Assembly (NCBI GenBank): GCA_965232545.1
Contig: OZ246979.1
Coordinates: forward strand, 5,811,287 to 5,875,286
Length of the DNA stretch: 64,000 bases
Source of the DNA: Candidatus Poribacteria bacterium
GTDB lineage: Bacteria > Poribacteria > WGA-4E > WGA-3G
Reading direction: 5' to 3'
In this document: positions 1 through 9,560 of the stretch, piece after piece
How the letters are laid out: every line of letters begins with the position of its first letter
Numbering within the stretch: position 1 is the first letter of the stretch
Notes under the pieces: model-generated
What the model saw: the letters and a program-made list of their open reading frames with translations, nothing else
Database searches by the model: none
Told to the model about the DNA's origin: nothing
Translations under genes and position numbers: made by a program

Positions 1-723
1 TCACTGATTGAGAAAGGCGAGATCGGTGATGTCGTGCTGATGAAGGCAACCGATAAAGGTGGCCGCAAGGTTGGAAATTCCTTGATGGAGATGGGTACAC
101 ACCTCTACGATTGGCTGCGCCTCTTTGGTGGTGATGTTGAATGGACACACGCACACCTCGTCCAGATGGATGGACGTGAGTCAACCGTTGATGACATCAA
201 ACATACCCAAGAGGTTCACTCCTTTGACAGGGATGCGGGTCTTGTACTCGGAGAGCGAGGACACGCCGCTTTCCGATTCAAGAACGGTATCCATGCCGAT
301 GTGCAGTTCCTCGCGCAACCCGAAACCAACGATGATGCCTACGGCATCGACATTGTCGGTACCGAAGGCAGAATTGCCATCCGAGAGAGCGTCGGCACAA
401 CGATGTTTATCCACAAAGGGCAACACCAGACCCCGGCAGAAGCGTGGGAACCGGTACATCTATCAGCCGAAGACCTTGACGAACAAGGAAACCCACGAGA
501 CAAGGGATCAATACGGTTGCTATTACAACGTCTCATGCTACGCGATCTCGTCGCCGCCATTGAAGGAGACCGGGATCCATTCGCGAGTGGTAGGGATGGT
601 CGAGACTGCCTTGAAATGATTCATGCGACATGGGAATCACATCGGCAGGAGGCTCGGGTATATATGCCGCTTACACCACGCGAACACCCACTCGAACGGT
701 GGCAGAGAGAAGCACAGAATTAA
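1..723 (+). CDS. Gfo/Idh/MocA family oxidoreductase, C-terminal part (5' partial)
   Basis: Frame is open from base 1; GEIGDV...MEMGTHLYD...GTEGRI...DGRDCLEMIHA pattern typical of the family C-terminal domain. Confidence 0.7.
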   Translation, partial: SLIEKGEIGDVVLMKATDKGGRKVGNSLMEMGTHLYDWLRLFGGDVEWTHAHLVQMDGRESTVDDIKHTQEVHSFDRDAGLVLGERGHAAFRFKNGIHADVQFLAQPETNDDAYGIDIVGTEGRIAIRESVGTTMFIHKGQHQTPAEAWEPVHLSAEDLDEQGNPRDKGSIRLLLQRLMLRDLVAAIEGDRDPFASGRDGRDCLEMIHATWESHRQEARVYMPLTPREHPLERWQREAQN

Positions 724-738
724 AAACAGGAGACATTT

Positions 739-1419
739 ATGCAACGTTTGGATATTCTTCATCCGTCAATTGACGACTATCTACTTGATATCACTCCAGA
801 ACGCGATGAGATGCTAACAGAAATGGAGGCACACGCTCGGACGAACCGTTTTCCAATTGTAGGACCCCTCGTTGGGCGCGTCTTGCACCAATTGGTGTTG
901 CTGACGAATCCAACACGAATTTTTGAGATGGGTTCAGGCTTCGGATATTCGGCGTATTGGATGGCGAAGGCACTACAAAAACCGGAAGCATCCATCATCT
1001 GTACCGATGGTTCGCAGGAGAACGCCGATCGCGCAGCGGGTTATCTGGCTCGCGGTGGTATCGCAGATCGCATTGACTATCGCGTCGGCAACGCACTCGA
1101 AATCATTGACGAAACCGAAGGTGAGTTTGACATCATCTACAACGACATCGACAAAGATGGATATCCCGAAGCCTTCCGTAAGGCGATTCCACGGCTCAGG
1201 AGCGGTGGATTGTTTATTACGGACAACATGATTTGGGGTGGGCGCGTCGTTACGCAAGAGCCGGGGAGTCCGCCGGAAGGACTTGATGAGCGGGAACAGT
1301 GGTTCCATGCAGCGACAATCGGAGTCAAAGAATTGACACGGCTTCTCTACAGTTCACCGGATGTATTCACGACGATCATTCCCCTCCGTGATGGGGTCTC
1401 TGTTGCAGTGAAACGTTAA
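739..1419 (+). CDS. SAM-dependent O-methyltransferase (caffeoyl-CoA OMT-like)
   Basis: EMGSGFGYSA SAM motif, FDIIYNDIDKDGYP, ITDN; SD-like AGGAG upstream. Confidence 0.85.
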   Translation: MQRLDILHPSIDDYLLDITPERDEMLTEMEAHARTNRFPIVGPLVGRVLHQLVLLTNPTRIFEMGSGFGYSAYWMAKALQKPEASIICTDGSQENADRAAGYLARGGIADRIDYRVGNALEIIDETEGEFDIIYNDIDKDGYPEAFRKAIPRLRSGGLFITDNMIWGGRVVTQEPGSPPEGLDEREQWFHAATIGVKELTRLLYSSPDVFTTIIPLRDGVSVAVKR

Positions 1420-1472
1420 TTCACATCTTTGTCGGTGAGTTTTGTCCGACTAACTTCGCAGGAATTTACGCT

Positions 1473-2099
1473 ATGAAAGAAGAAGTGACGAAACGCAAAT
1501 CTATTTTCGGGCCCTCGAAAGACGAAATCTGGACAAAGATTGCCGCGGATATAGATGGTGAATTTATTCAAGGTGGCTTCTGGGGGAAGGACGTTCTCAT
1601 TTATAAACACGGTGAGTGGCAGATCCTGCTTGATACTTACGTCGTCTCAACTGGACAATCATCTCATACACTCACGCGAATGCGAGCACCGTTTGTAAAT
1701 AAGGATGGTCTCCACTTCAAGATTTCTCGCCATGGGTTCTTCGGTTCAATAGGCAAATTATTCGGTATGCAGGACATAGAAATAGGAGATCCCTTCTTCG
1801 ATGAGCAGTTTATAATCAAAGGTAACAATCCAGAGAAAATAAAATTACTCCTTGCAGATAAGAACATAAAGGAGTTGTGTCAGAGCCAGCCGAGGATCAA
1901 TCTCAGAATTAAAGATGATGAGGGTCGGTTTGGTGCCGATTTCGCTGAAGGCGTTGATGAGTTGTACTTTGAATGCACCGGCGTTATCAAAGAAACCGCG
2001 TTATTAAAGTCTCTATTTGCATTGTTCTGTCTGATTTTAGAGCGTCTCGTTCGATTAGATTCGGCGTATGCGGACGATCCGCAAGTTACTCTGAAGTAA
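1473..2099 (+). CDS. hypothetical protein (possibly DUF3137-like)
   Basis: 208-aa ORF; SD-like AGGA upstream; resembles uncharacterised soluble domains with a DxxFDxxFxI motif. Confidence 0.5.
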   Translation: MKEEVTKRKSIFGPSKDEIWTKIAADIDGEFIQGGFWGKDVLIYKHGEWQILLDTYVVSTGQSSHTLTRMRAPFVNKDGLHFKISRHGFFGSIGKLFGMQDIEIGDPFFDEQFIIKGNNPEKIKLLLADKNIKELCQSQPRINLRIKDDEGRFGADFAEGVDELYFECTGVIKETALLKSLFALFCLILERLVRLDSAYADDPQVTLK

Positions 2100-2106
2100 C
2101 CATTAT

Positions 2107-2196
2107 AGGACTTACGCAATTTCGCGGTAGGTGCGGTTTCCTAACCGCACTGACTGTGTAGTAATAGGTGTAATTCCGTGACTTTGCGTAAGTCTT
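2107..2196. mobile_element. MITE-like element with AGGACTTACGCA terminal inverted repeats and an internal GTAG REP hairpin
   Basis: aggacttacgca (2107-2118) and tgcgtaagtctt (2185-2196); internal GTAGGTGCGGTT-tcct-AACCGCAC; second copy at 39382-39536. Confidence 0.55.
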
Positions 2197-2494
2197 GCAT
2201 TATAGAAAAGATGTAGATATGGTATCCGCCTCCATAACAGTAACCCAAATTCCGACTGCTGATATTAGAAAAAACTTGACTTTTACCCCTACTTCCTGTA
2301 TCGTCTCTTTAAAGCCATCCGTTAAGCGAATTGAGAACCTAAGCTCCCATCATTACAAGCGATGGAACTACCCTGACCACGAATTTTACCGATGTACCTA
2401 TTTTGCTTGGGAATCTACATCCTAAGCGTATTTCTACAAGAAAACAAACGCATCTTTGCTTCTTACAGTGAAGCGTATCAATAGGAGAATCACA

Positions 2495-3514
2495 ATGTTT
2501 TTGCCAAAAAAATCGTTCTCTATTAAAGCCACTACAGCCTTTTCTATTCTCTGCTGCGTTTTATTCGTCCTGTCCACGCTATCAGTGATGGCACACTCAG
2601 GTGGTGAGGTGACCTCTAAAAAAACCGCAACGCCTATCACGATTGATGGAATGATAGATGAAGCGGAGTGGGACGCGGCATTCCAAGAATCTTCACCCTT
2701 GCAAGATATTGTCCCAGATCCACGCGATCCTAAATACGCCCAAGAGTGGTATCAGATTATCCCCGGCGGCGGTGCGGGTAGCGACACAAACGATGGTGGA
2801 CTCCGTGTCAGTCGCGGCAAATTCGATGACGACGCTGATATGCGGGCGCGCTGGGCAACGCTATGGGACGACGACTATCTCTACTTTGGGTTCGATGTCA
2901 CCGACGATACCACACACCCGTACACCAATGACCTAGCAACCCGTGCTGGAGAGATTGACGGGGTATTCTTGATGTTCGACACCAAACACGATGCCCCTGT
3001 ATTCGAGTTTCCGCACCATGAGTTTGATACGAGACATGTCGCCAATAACAGTGTATATGAGGCGGACGATAATTATTGGATCTTTGGTCCCTTAACAACC
3101 GAAGATAGAAGTGGCGTGTGGTCCCAAGCGTTGGGTGCTGCCCTTGATCCGGAGTTAGGAGACCTCGCTAAGGGACACGTCGTGAGTCAGAAAACAAATA
3201 GCGGCTATTCCATTGAGATGCGTTTGCCTTGGTCGATCTTTGAACCGTTTTTTGGTGCAGCCCTCGCGCCGACAGACGGCTTAGTCATAGGATTCGACAT
3301 CACGATTACAGACATTGATGGGGATGCTCCAGGCACGTATGCAGCTCCGCTTGGTGGCGCAGTCGCTTGGTCAAGTGATTTTGAAAACGACAACAGTCCC
3401 GGTGTACTCGGTGATCTCATCATTTCCAACGAGGTTATCGGCAGCGCAACGTCTGTTGATCCTACGGGCAAATTGCCACTGACATGGGGTAAGATTAAAC
3501 ACGACTATCAATAG
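2495..3514 (+). CDS. secreted CBM9/DOMON-like sugar-binding protein with C-terminal GKLxxTWG motif
   Basis: Signal peptide; ITIDGxIDEAEW, WDDDYLYFGFDVTDD, GYSIEMRLPWS; ends VDPTGKLPLTWGKIK; ATG 2495 follows AGGAG. Confidence 0.75.
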   Translation: MFLPKKSFSIKATTAFSILCCVLFVLSTLSVMAHSGGEVTSKKTATPITIDGMIDEAEWDAAFQESSPLQDIVPDPRDPKYAQEWYQIIPGGGAGSDTNDGGLRVSRGKFDDDADMRARWATLWDDDYLYFGFDVTDDTTHPYTNDLATRAGEIDGVFLMFDTKHDAPVFEFPHHEFDTRHVANNSVYEADDNYWIFGPLTTEDRSGVWSQALGAALDPELGDLAKGHVVSQKTNSGYSIEMRLPWSIFEPFFGAALAPTDGLVIGFDITITDIDGDAPGTYAAPLGGAVAWSSDFENDNSPGVLGDLIISNEVIGSATSVDPTGKLPLTWGKIKHDYQ

Positions 3515-3552
3515 TCAGCATTGATGCTGAACCGCGATGCCTTTCTCTCACA

Positions 3553-3589
3553 AAAAATGAGGACGGAGACACTCTCCGTCCTCATTTTT
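3553..3589. terminator. bidirectional intrinsic terminator
   Basis: 17-bp perfect stem aaaaatgaggacggaga/tctccgtcctcattttt between convergent genes. Confidence 0.8.
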
Positions 3590-3637
3590 CACTTATAAAA
3601 GCGCGTCAACTTTTTCCTCTGCTGTGCCTCTTATTGC

Positions 3638-4549
3638 TCAATCATTTATCGATTTCAAATGTTTTTCAAGGAACGTCTTCGTCAACTCTGGAACCTTCGG
3701 ATCTCTGAACCAGCCGTGCCCGCCACCTTCCACCCTGTAAAGCGTAACCGGGACACCCGCTTCTTCCAACGCATCATGTAACAATACGCTCTGATGATAC
3801 GGAACAAGTTTGTCTTGATCTCCGTGGATAATCAGAATAGGCGAATCGTCTTTGGATACATAAGTGATCGGATTCGCTCTGGCGACGCGGTCCTTATGCT
3901 CCTGAATGGGTCCCCCTACCAATTGTGATTCTGGGGAGTCAGGTGCGTCATGCACCAATCCGTCCGGAAGGCTGTGCGCGTCCATCTGAAGGAAGTCAGT
4001 GGGACCGAAATAATCAACCACGGCTTGTATCCGACTGGACACCTCCAGATTTTCACCTACCTCAAATTCCGCTACATCACCAGTCGTGCCGAGCATGGCG
4101 ACGAGGTGACCGCCAGCGGATGAACCCCACGCCGCAAAGCGGTTCGGGTCAAAGCGGTAGGTTTCTGCATTCGCACGCAGCCAACGCACAGCGGCTTTCA
4201 CATCTTCGATTTGGGCAGGAAACACAGCGTGTTGGCTCAACCGATAGTTGATACTCGCGCCGGCATAACCGGCTTTGAGATATTCCTTTGGGTTGTAATG
4301 TGTCTTGTCTCCACCGCGCCAAGCACCACCGTGTACCCAGATAATAAGCGGTAGGTTTTCTCCCGTGTCCGGCACATACAGGTCGAGTTTCTGTCGTTCG
4401 TGCCCATCCGTAACATAAGCCACGTCGCGATATACCGTTACACCGTCAGGAACTTTCGGAGTCTCAGCGGCACCGCGGCGCTGGGTCAGCACTAAAGTCG
4501 CAACTACGAAAAATAGAATCAGGATAAGCGGGACTATGATCTGTATCAT
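3638..4549 (-). CDS. secreted alpha/beta hydrolase (esterase/lipase, BD-FAE-like)
   Basis: VHGGAW, GSSAGG nucleophile elbow, HGDQD, GGGHG; ATG 4549 overlaps the upstream stop (ATGA). Confidence 0.85.
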   Translation of the reverse strand: MIQIIVPLILILFFVVATLVLTQRRGAAETPKVPDGVTVYRDVAYVTDGHERQKLDLYVPDTGENLPLIIWVHGGAWRGGDKTHYNPKEYLKAGYAGASINYRLSQHAVFPAQIEDVKAAVRWLRANAETYRFDPNRFAAWGSSAGGHLVAMLGTTGDVAEFEVGENLEVSSRIQAVVDYFGPTDFLQMDAHSLPDGLVHDAPDSPESQLVGGPIQEHKDRVARANPITYVSKDDSPILIIHGDQDKLVPYHQSVLLHDALEEAGVPVTLYRVEGGGHGWFRDPKVPELTKTFLEKHLKSIND

Positions 4550-4926
4550 TGGCTTTCGCATTGACTTTCTCCTCCATCATCGGGGGGGGCATCGACTTCC
4601 TGTTGCATTGATGCGACGGACTTTGTGTCTTCGGCAATCATTGCCCCAAGTTCAGTTCTCAGGTTCTGGATTTGAGAAATCTTTTCCGCCATCTTCTCGA
4701 ACATCTGCTGTTTAGCTTTGATGCCTTCGCTGATGAGGAACGCAGTCGCTTCGGAACGACTGTTAAACTGCCCGGAGTCTACGAGTTCGTCAATCCGATT
4801 GAGATCTCCCTCATCAACTCTGACCATCACCACATTATCCCTTTTTCGTTCTTCTCTCCCGTGTTTCTGTTTCCTTCGTCTTTCACGAGGACCTTTACCT
4901 CGCTGTTTCGCATCAAATTCTGACAT
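4546..4926 (-). CDS. ribbon-helix-helix (CopG/ParD-like) DNA-binding protein with coiled-coil tail
   Basis: VVMVRV-DEGDLNRIDELV-...SRSEATAFLISEGI strand-helix-helix pattern; SD GAGGAG. Confidence 0.6.
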   Translation of the reverse strand: MSEFDAKQRGKGPRERRRKQKHGREERKRDNVVMVRVDEGDLNRIDELVDSGQFNSRSEATAFLISEGIKAKQQMFEKMAEKISQIQNLRTELGAMIAEDTKSVASMQQEVDAPPDDGGESQCESQ

Positions 4927-4999
4927 TATTAAATCTCCTCTGTTTCATCAGGAACCTTAATCGCTTCCTTCATAAATATGTCTTTCCTTTAGACGCAGA

Positions 5000-7447
5000 T
5001 TACCATGCACGAATTTTTGACAATTCAGTCTGCTTCTCACACAAACCCGCATAGGTCCCGTCTTTAGCAATCAGTTCCGCATGTGTCCCAATTTCGTCAA
5101 CTTCGCCATCTTTCAGCACAACAAGTCGGTCGGCGTACTTAAGAGTTGACAACCTGTGAGCAATAGCGAATACCGTTTTTCCTTGGATGAGTCGTTCCAA
5201 TGCCTCTTGAATCTTCGACTCTGTTTCGGTATCAACGGAGGAAGTCGCTTCATCCAAGATAAGAACGCGCGGGTTTTTCAAAATTGCGCGTGCGATAGAA
5301 ATACGCTGCCGCTCACCACCAGAAACCCGTGCCCCTCTTTCACCTACCATTGTGTCGTAACCATCGGGGAATTTGAGGATAAAGCCATGAGCATTTGCTG
5401 CCTTCGCAGCAGCAATAATCTCCATCCGAGATGCCCCCGGTTTTGAGTAACCGATGTTCTCCGCTACCGTGCCTTGGAACAGGAATGGATCTTGTAAGAC
5501 GACGCCGACCTGTTGCCGTAACGCCTTAACCTGAATGTCGCGGCTGTCGTAACCATCAATCATTATTTCCCCATCATTCGGGTCATAGAAACGGGTAATC
5601 AGATTGATGAGCGTGCTTTTTCCTGCACCACTGTGCCCAACCAACCCTATCATTTCACCCGGCTCCACTGTAAAATTGACACCATTGAGTGCATTCTTTT
5701 CGCTGTCGTAAGAGAAATAGACATTCCTAAATTCAACAGCACCACGGATATTTCTGAGGGCTACCGCATCGCTTTTATCAGCAACGCTCGGAGGTGTATC
5801 CATAATTTCAAACACACGCTCGGCGGAAGTGCCTGCTCGGATAAACCTTTCATTCATCTGACAGAGGGTAAATACAGGTCTAAAGAACTGCATCATATAA
5901 CTTTGGAACATGAATAGCGTGCCAAGAGTGATCTCGTTTTGGAAGATCTGCCATCCCCCGATTAACCAAATCAAGATAGAACCGGAATAGGTGATAAACT
6001 CCATAATCGGGCGGTAAAGCGTCCCAAGTTTCGCCGCGTTCATCTCACCCGCAAATACCTGATGGGTCATATCGCTAAACCTGTTTATCTCGTAGCGTTC
6101 GCGAGCGAATGCCTTGACAACGCGGACCCCTGGAATCGTGCTCGCCAGAATTGTGCTAATATTCGCATACCGTTTCCATAAAACATGGTACACCTTGCTC
6201 ATCTTTTTTCCAAAAAAGATCGTGAAAAAAATAAGGCACGGAATAGGTATCAACGTCCAGAGTGCCAGTTTCCAATTAAAATAAAACATAATCCCGCACA
6301 TATAGAGGATTGTGAGAGAATCACCCCCAATTTCTTGTATCCCACTCGCGATGAAATCCCTGAGCCGTGATACATCGTGCGTGATTCTCGACATCAAGTT
6401 TCCGGTATCTCGTTCCTGAAAAAAATCAATGGAGAGCATATTTAGATGTTCATAGGTCTCGTTCTGGAGCCGTCTCGTGACATTTTGCCCTACCCACGCC
6501 ATCATATATCCGCGTATCGCCGAGGCTAACATCGAAAACACACGAACACCCGCCATGAGCAAAACGATCCCTATCAGATGCCCGAAACTCCCACCGACTG
6601 GCATGCTGTCGAACCATCCGCTTAAGAAATTTACCGCGCTTTGAAGGTGACCCCAATCTGTTTCCGGAATTGGCAATCCTGTAGTGACAGCATGACCGAC
6701 CGGCACCAGAATCCTGTCAATCAGATCCCTGCTGAGTATCTGCGGGTAGAGCCCGACAAGACGGATGACCATCATTATGAGGAACGCCGGGACGATGATA
6801 TGCAAGAACGGAACGGCGTACTGCATGAGTCGAAAGATGAGTTTCCGCTTCTGAATGCAATTGATACAGACATCTGACCGACGCGGAATAAGCTGACCAC
6901 ACTTCTCACAGCGTCCCTTATTCTCTCCAAAGGACATTCCACCTCGTCCGTGTCCACGTCTACCGCCTGAATTCCCTTCCGTTTGTGGAATTAATCCTTC
7001 CAACTCTGAGACAGCACGACTGAATTTCGGGGTTAACCGTTTTGAATAGCGCGATAGCTCAAAAGCGTTGTCCGTCGTACTCACTTTGAGAATGTTATTC
7101 CCGTACATTTCAAGGATTTCGATATCTTCAACGGATGAGAGTGGCACCTCGCGCATGTGGTGTCCGAGAACACCATTCTGATTGAAAGCGATGAGTCGTC
7201 TATTCGTAATTAACAGCCAATCCTTGCCATAGGTCCCATCAAAACGCAGATCCGTCGAAACAGAAACCTTGATCTCTTCCCCCGTTTGAAGTAATGCTTC
7301 TGCCTGCTCTTTCAGGAGTTCAGGTACATCTTCTGTTGTTGACAGGGGTTCATGCTCCAGCTTCGGGGTGCGTGATCTTCCGTGATAAGAACGCATCCTC
7401 CGCCGAGATGATCTCCCGCTGTCAAAACCTCGCATTGATCCGTGCAT
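5000..7447 (-). CDS. ABC exporter (TMD+NBD) with long N-terminal extension and Cys4 zinc ribbon
   Basis: GHSGAGKST Walker A, VSGGERQR signature, ILDEATS Walker B; CEKC-x10-CINC upstream of the TMD; SD GGAGGA. Confidence 0.9.
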   Translation of the reverse strand: MHGSMRGFDSGRSSRRRMRSYHGRSRTPKLEHEPLSTTEDVPELLKEQAEALLQTGEEIKVSVSTDLRFDGTYGKDWLLITNRRLIAFNQNGVLGHHMREVPLSSVEDIEILEMYGNNILKVSTTDNAFELSRYSKRLTPKFSRAVSELEGLIPQTEGNSGGRRGHGRGGMSFGENKGRCEKCGQLIPRRSDVCINCIQKRKLIFRLMQYAVPFLHIIVPAFLIMMVIRLVGLYPQILSRDLIDRILVPVGHAVTTGLPIPETDWGHLQSAVNFLSGWFDSMPVGGSFGHLIGIVLLMAGVRVFSMLASAIRGYMMAWVGQNVTRRLQNETYEHLNMLSIDFFQERDTGNLMSRITHDVSRLRDFIASGIQEIGGDSLTILYMCGIMFYFNWKLALWTLIPIPCLIFFTIFFGKKMSKVYHVLWKRYANISTILASTIPGVRVVKAFARERYEINRFSDMTHQVFAGEMNAAKLGTLYRPIMEFITYSGSILIWLIGGWQIFQNEITLGTLFMFQSYMMQFFRPVFTLCQMNERFIRAGTSAERVFEIMDTPPSVADKSDAVALRNIRGAVEFRNVYFSYDSEKNALNGVNFTVEPGEMIGLVGHSGAGKSTLINLITRFYDPNDGEIMIDGYDSRDIQVKALRQQVGVVLQDPFLFQGTVAENIGYSKPGASRMEIIAAAKAANAHGFILKFPDGYDTMVGERGARVSGGERQRISIARAILKNPRVLILDEATSSVDTETESKIQEALERLIQGKTVFAIAHRLSTLKYADRLVVLKDGEVDEIGTHAELIAKDGTYAGLCEKQTELSKIRAW

Positions 7448-7586
7448 AAATCAATCCTCCACAGATTAAACGTATAGTTTCTAAATACTTAGTAAACTTT
7501 GGACAATTTTTAAGAATCTCCGTGTGATAGGTTGGATTGTTGGATTGAATAGGAATCATCAATCAGAATTGGTATAAACTTTAGTA

Positions 7587-7636
7587 TAACTTAGTTACAT
7601 GTAATTATTATACAATATTACACGATAGATTATCAA
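7587..7636 (-). promoter_or_regulatory. sigma70-like promoter with downstream palindromic operator for the ABC-RHH-esterase operon
   Basis: Minus-strand TTGATA(7636-7631)-18 nt-TATAAT(7612-7607); overlapping palindromes TTACATGTAA (7595-7604) and TAACTTAGTTA (7587-7597). Confidence 0.5.
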
Positions 7637-7679
7637 GTTAAATTTTCGTTTGCCATTTCATGGTTTCGACATCAGAAGA

Positions 7680-7708
7680 TTGACATCGGTTGAAATTTCG
7701 GATACAAT
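7680..7708 (+). promoter_or_regulatory. sigma70-like promoter
   Basis: TTGACA-17 nt-TACAAT upstream of the 7822 gene. Confidence 0.55.
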
Positions 7709-7821
7709 AATTTGTGTAAGTTAGCCTGCCAGAGTAGAATATCGAAATAAGGAGGTTCGTCCGGATGGCTACAATGTTAAAAACGGCACCCACCAATAAA
7801 CGTCTACATATTTAGGGACGA

Positions 7822-9318
7822 ATGATGGTATCAACCAAACCGTGCTTCAAACGTGTTGTTTTTATTATAATTGATGGGGCACCCTATGAAATTTTCAAAG
7901 CATTAATTGAAAACGGTGATCTCCCGAACATCAAGAAACACGTCGTAGATCGCGGCAGTTTGAATAAAGCGGTCTCCGTCTTCCCATCAACGACGGGACC
8001 CGCCTTTATCCCATTTTTTATGGGATTGTATCCGGGGACGGCAAATATTCCGGGCATTCGGTGGCTCTCGAAATCAAAATTTCATGTCCCTCACCGCTTC
8101 AAACGTCCCGGCATCTGTAGTTATATGGGGCTTGACGGATTGCATTTTGAAGCCGACCTACCTCCAGACGTTCCCACGCTGTTTAACTTCTTCTCACCCG
8201 TAAGCAACATCTACAATCTCCTTGCTCGCGGGTGCCCACCAGCCAAAAACCTAACGCGCCGGATTAAACCCTTTGCTTATACCTACGCACATTTTTCACA
8301 CCGCTGGCGATTCGTCAATCAGATTGCAGTCCGTCAATTACAAAAAGCCGTCGAAGCAAGGGACAAGTTTATCATGTGTCTCTTTCCTGCAGTAGATACC
8401 TTTTCACACCTCACAGAAATACAATCCCCACAAGTACTTCAGACTTACCGAGAGATAGACACTGCCATTGGAGACCTCGTGCATACTTTGCAAAAGGCAA
8501 ACACTCTCCAAGAAACACTCATTCTGATTACCAGCGATCATGGGATGACCGACACGCATACACATATTGATATCCCACAGCATTTAGACGATGGCGGTTG
8601 GCGATGTTTGCACTATCCGAAGGTCTGGCGACAAGGCACCACATCCGCCAGCATGGTATCAGGAAATGGGATGACACATCTCTATTTTAAAAATAACTCG
8701 GATGGAAAGGGATGGGGCGAACGGACACCTTTCGAGAAACTCCACCAAATGGGTGTCATCAGTGCTTTAATTGAATTGGAAGGATTGGGGCTCGTCGCAG
8801 GACAGAGCGAGACTGGAGACATCATCGTCCAAAACCGTATTGGACAAGGAAGAATCTCCTGTCGCTCACTGGATACGGATCACCGAAACCTACAGAATAT
8901 GCCAGCCACTTTTAAGAGCGCAGACTCGTTGCGCTTCTCCTATCGGTTTACTGGGATCGATCCACTCGGCTACGGCACTCACTATGAGAATTTGTCTTCA
9001 CGGGAAACGCTCCGTGAGACCTACAACAGTCCGCATCCAGATGGAATCGTGCAATTGTGGCAGATTTTCAAAAGCGGGCGAACCGGCGACCTTGTCCTCA
9101 GTGCCGAGAGCGGTTATGACCTACGCGCCCGTTATGAAATACCAGAGCATCACGCGACCCACGGCTCCTTGATTGCGGGACACCTGCACATCCCACTTGC
9201 GACAAGTTATCCGATCACCGAGAAGTTCATCCGGTCTGTTGATGTCTTTCCAACGGTTCTAAGCCTGTGCGGACACAATGTCGCAGGGCATTACATTGAT
9301 GGTAGGGTCGTTAAGTAG
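7822..9318 (+). CDS. alkaline phosphatase superfamily protein (nucleotide pyrophosphatase/phosphodiesterase-like)
   Basis: IIIDGA, FPSTTGPA, VDTFSH, TSDHG, HATHGS metal and nucleophile motifs. Confidence 0.8.
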   Translation: MMVSTKPCFKRVVFIIIDGAPYEIFKALIENGDLPNIKKHVVDRGSLNKAVSVFPSTTGPAFIPFFMGLYPGTANIPGIRWLSKSKFHVPHRFKRPGICSYMGLDGLHFEADLPPDVPTLFNFFSPVSNIYNLLARGCPPAKNLTRRIKPFAYTYAHFSHRWRFVNQIAVRQLQKAVEARDKFIMCLFPAVDTFSHLTEIQSPQVLQTYREIDTAIGDLVHTLQKANTLQETLILITSDHGMTDTHTHIDIPQHLDDGGWRCLHYPKVWRQGTTSASMVSGNGMTHLYFKNNSDGKGWGERTPFEKLHQMGVISALIELEGLGLVAGQSETGDIIVQNRIGQGRISCRSLDTDHRNLQNMPATFKSADSLRFSYRFTGIDPLGYGTHYENLSSRETLRETYNSPHPDGIVQLWQIFKSGRTGDLVLSAESGYDLRARYEIPEHHATHGSLIAGHLHIPLATSYPITEKFIRSVDVFPTVLSLCGHNVAGHYIDGRVVK

Positions 9319-9359
9319 ACCGGAATCTCACCACACCAATTTTCAAGCCACTCCCTTCT

Positions 9360-9384
9360 GTAGGAACGATCTCCTAATCGCGAC
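9360..9384 (+). repeat. GTAG-type REP (family A variant)
   Basis: GTAGGAACGATCTCCTAATCGCGAC; stem co-varies with GTAGGAGGGAACTCCGATTCCCGAC at 10937, 45750 and 45884. Confidence 0.5.
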
Positions 9385-9419
9385 TTGACTTTCTGTTTGA
9401 CATATTTTTTTCGGAATTA

Positions 9420-9460
9420 TGCACCTATCCCCTTCTAATTCGCGTCACTATATAGTGAAG
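9420..9460 (+). promoter_or_regulatory. ECF-type promoter (copy 1)
   Basis: TGCACC-15 nt-CGCGTCACTATATAGTGAAG; near-identical motif at 11034 and on the minus strand at 27409. Confidence 0.65.
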
Positions 9461-9560
9461 TGAACGGGTAGGTATTTCTTGAATCTTTTAAGGGTTCCTA
9501 TCCGCGAAACGTCCAAATTGTTACGTCCCTTGATACAAACAGTCTTTCTGGAGAGGTCTG

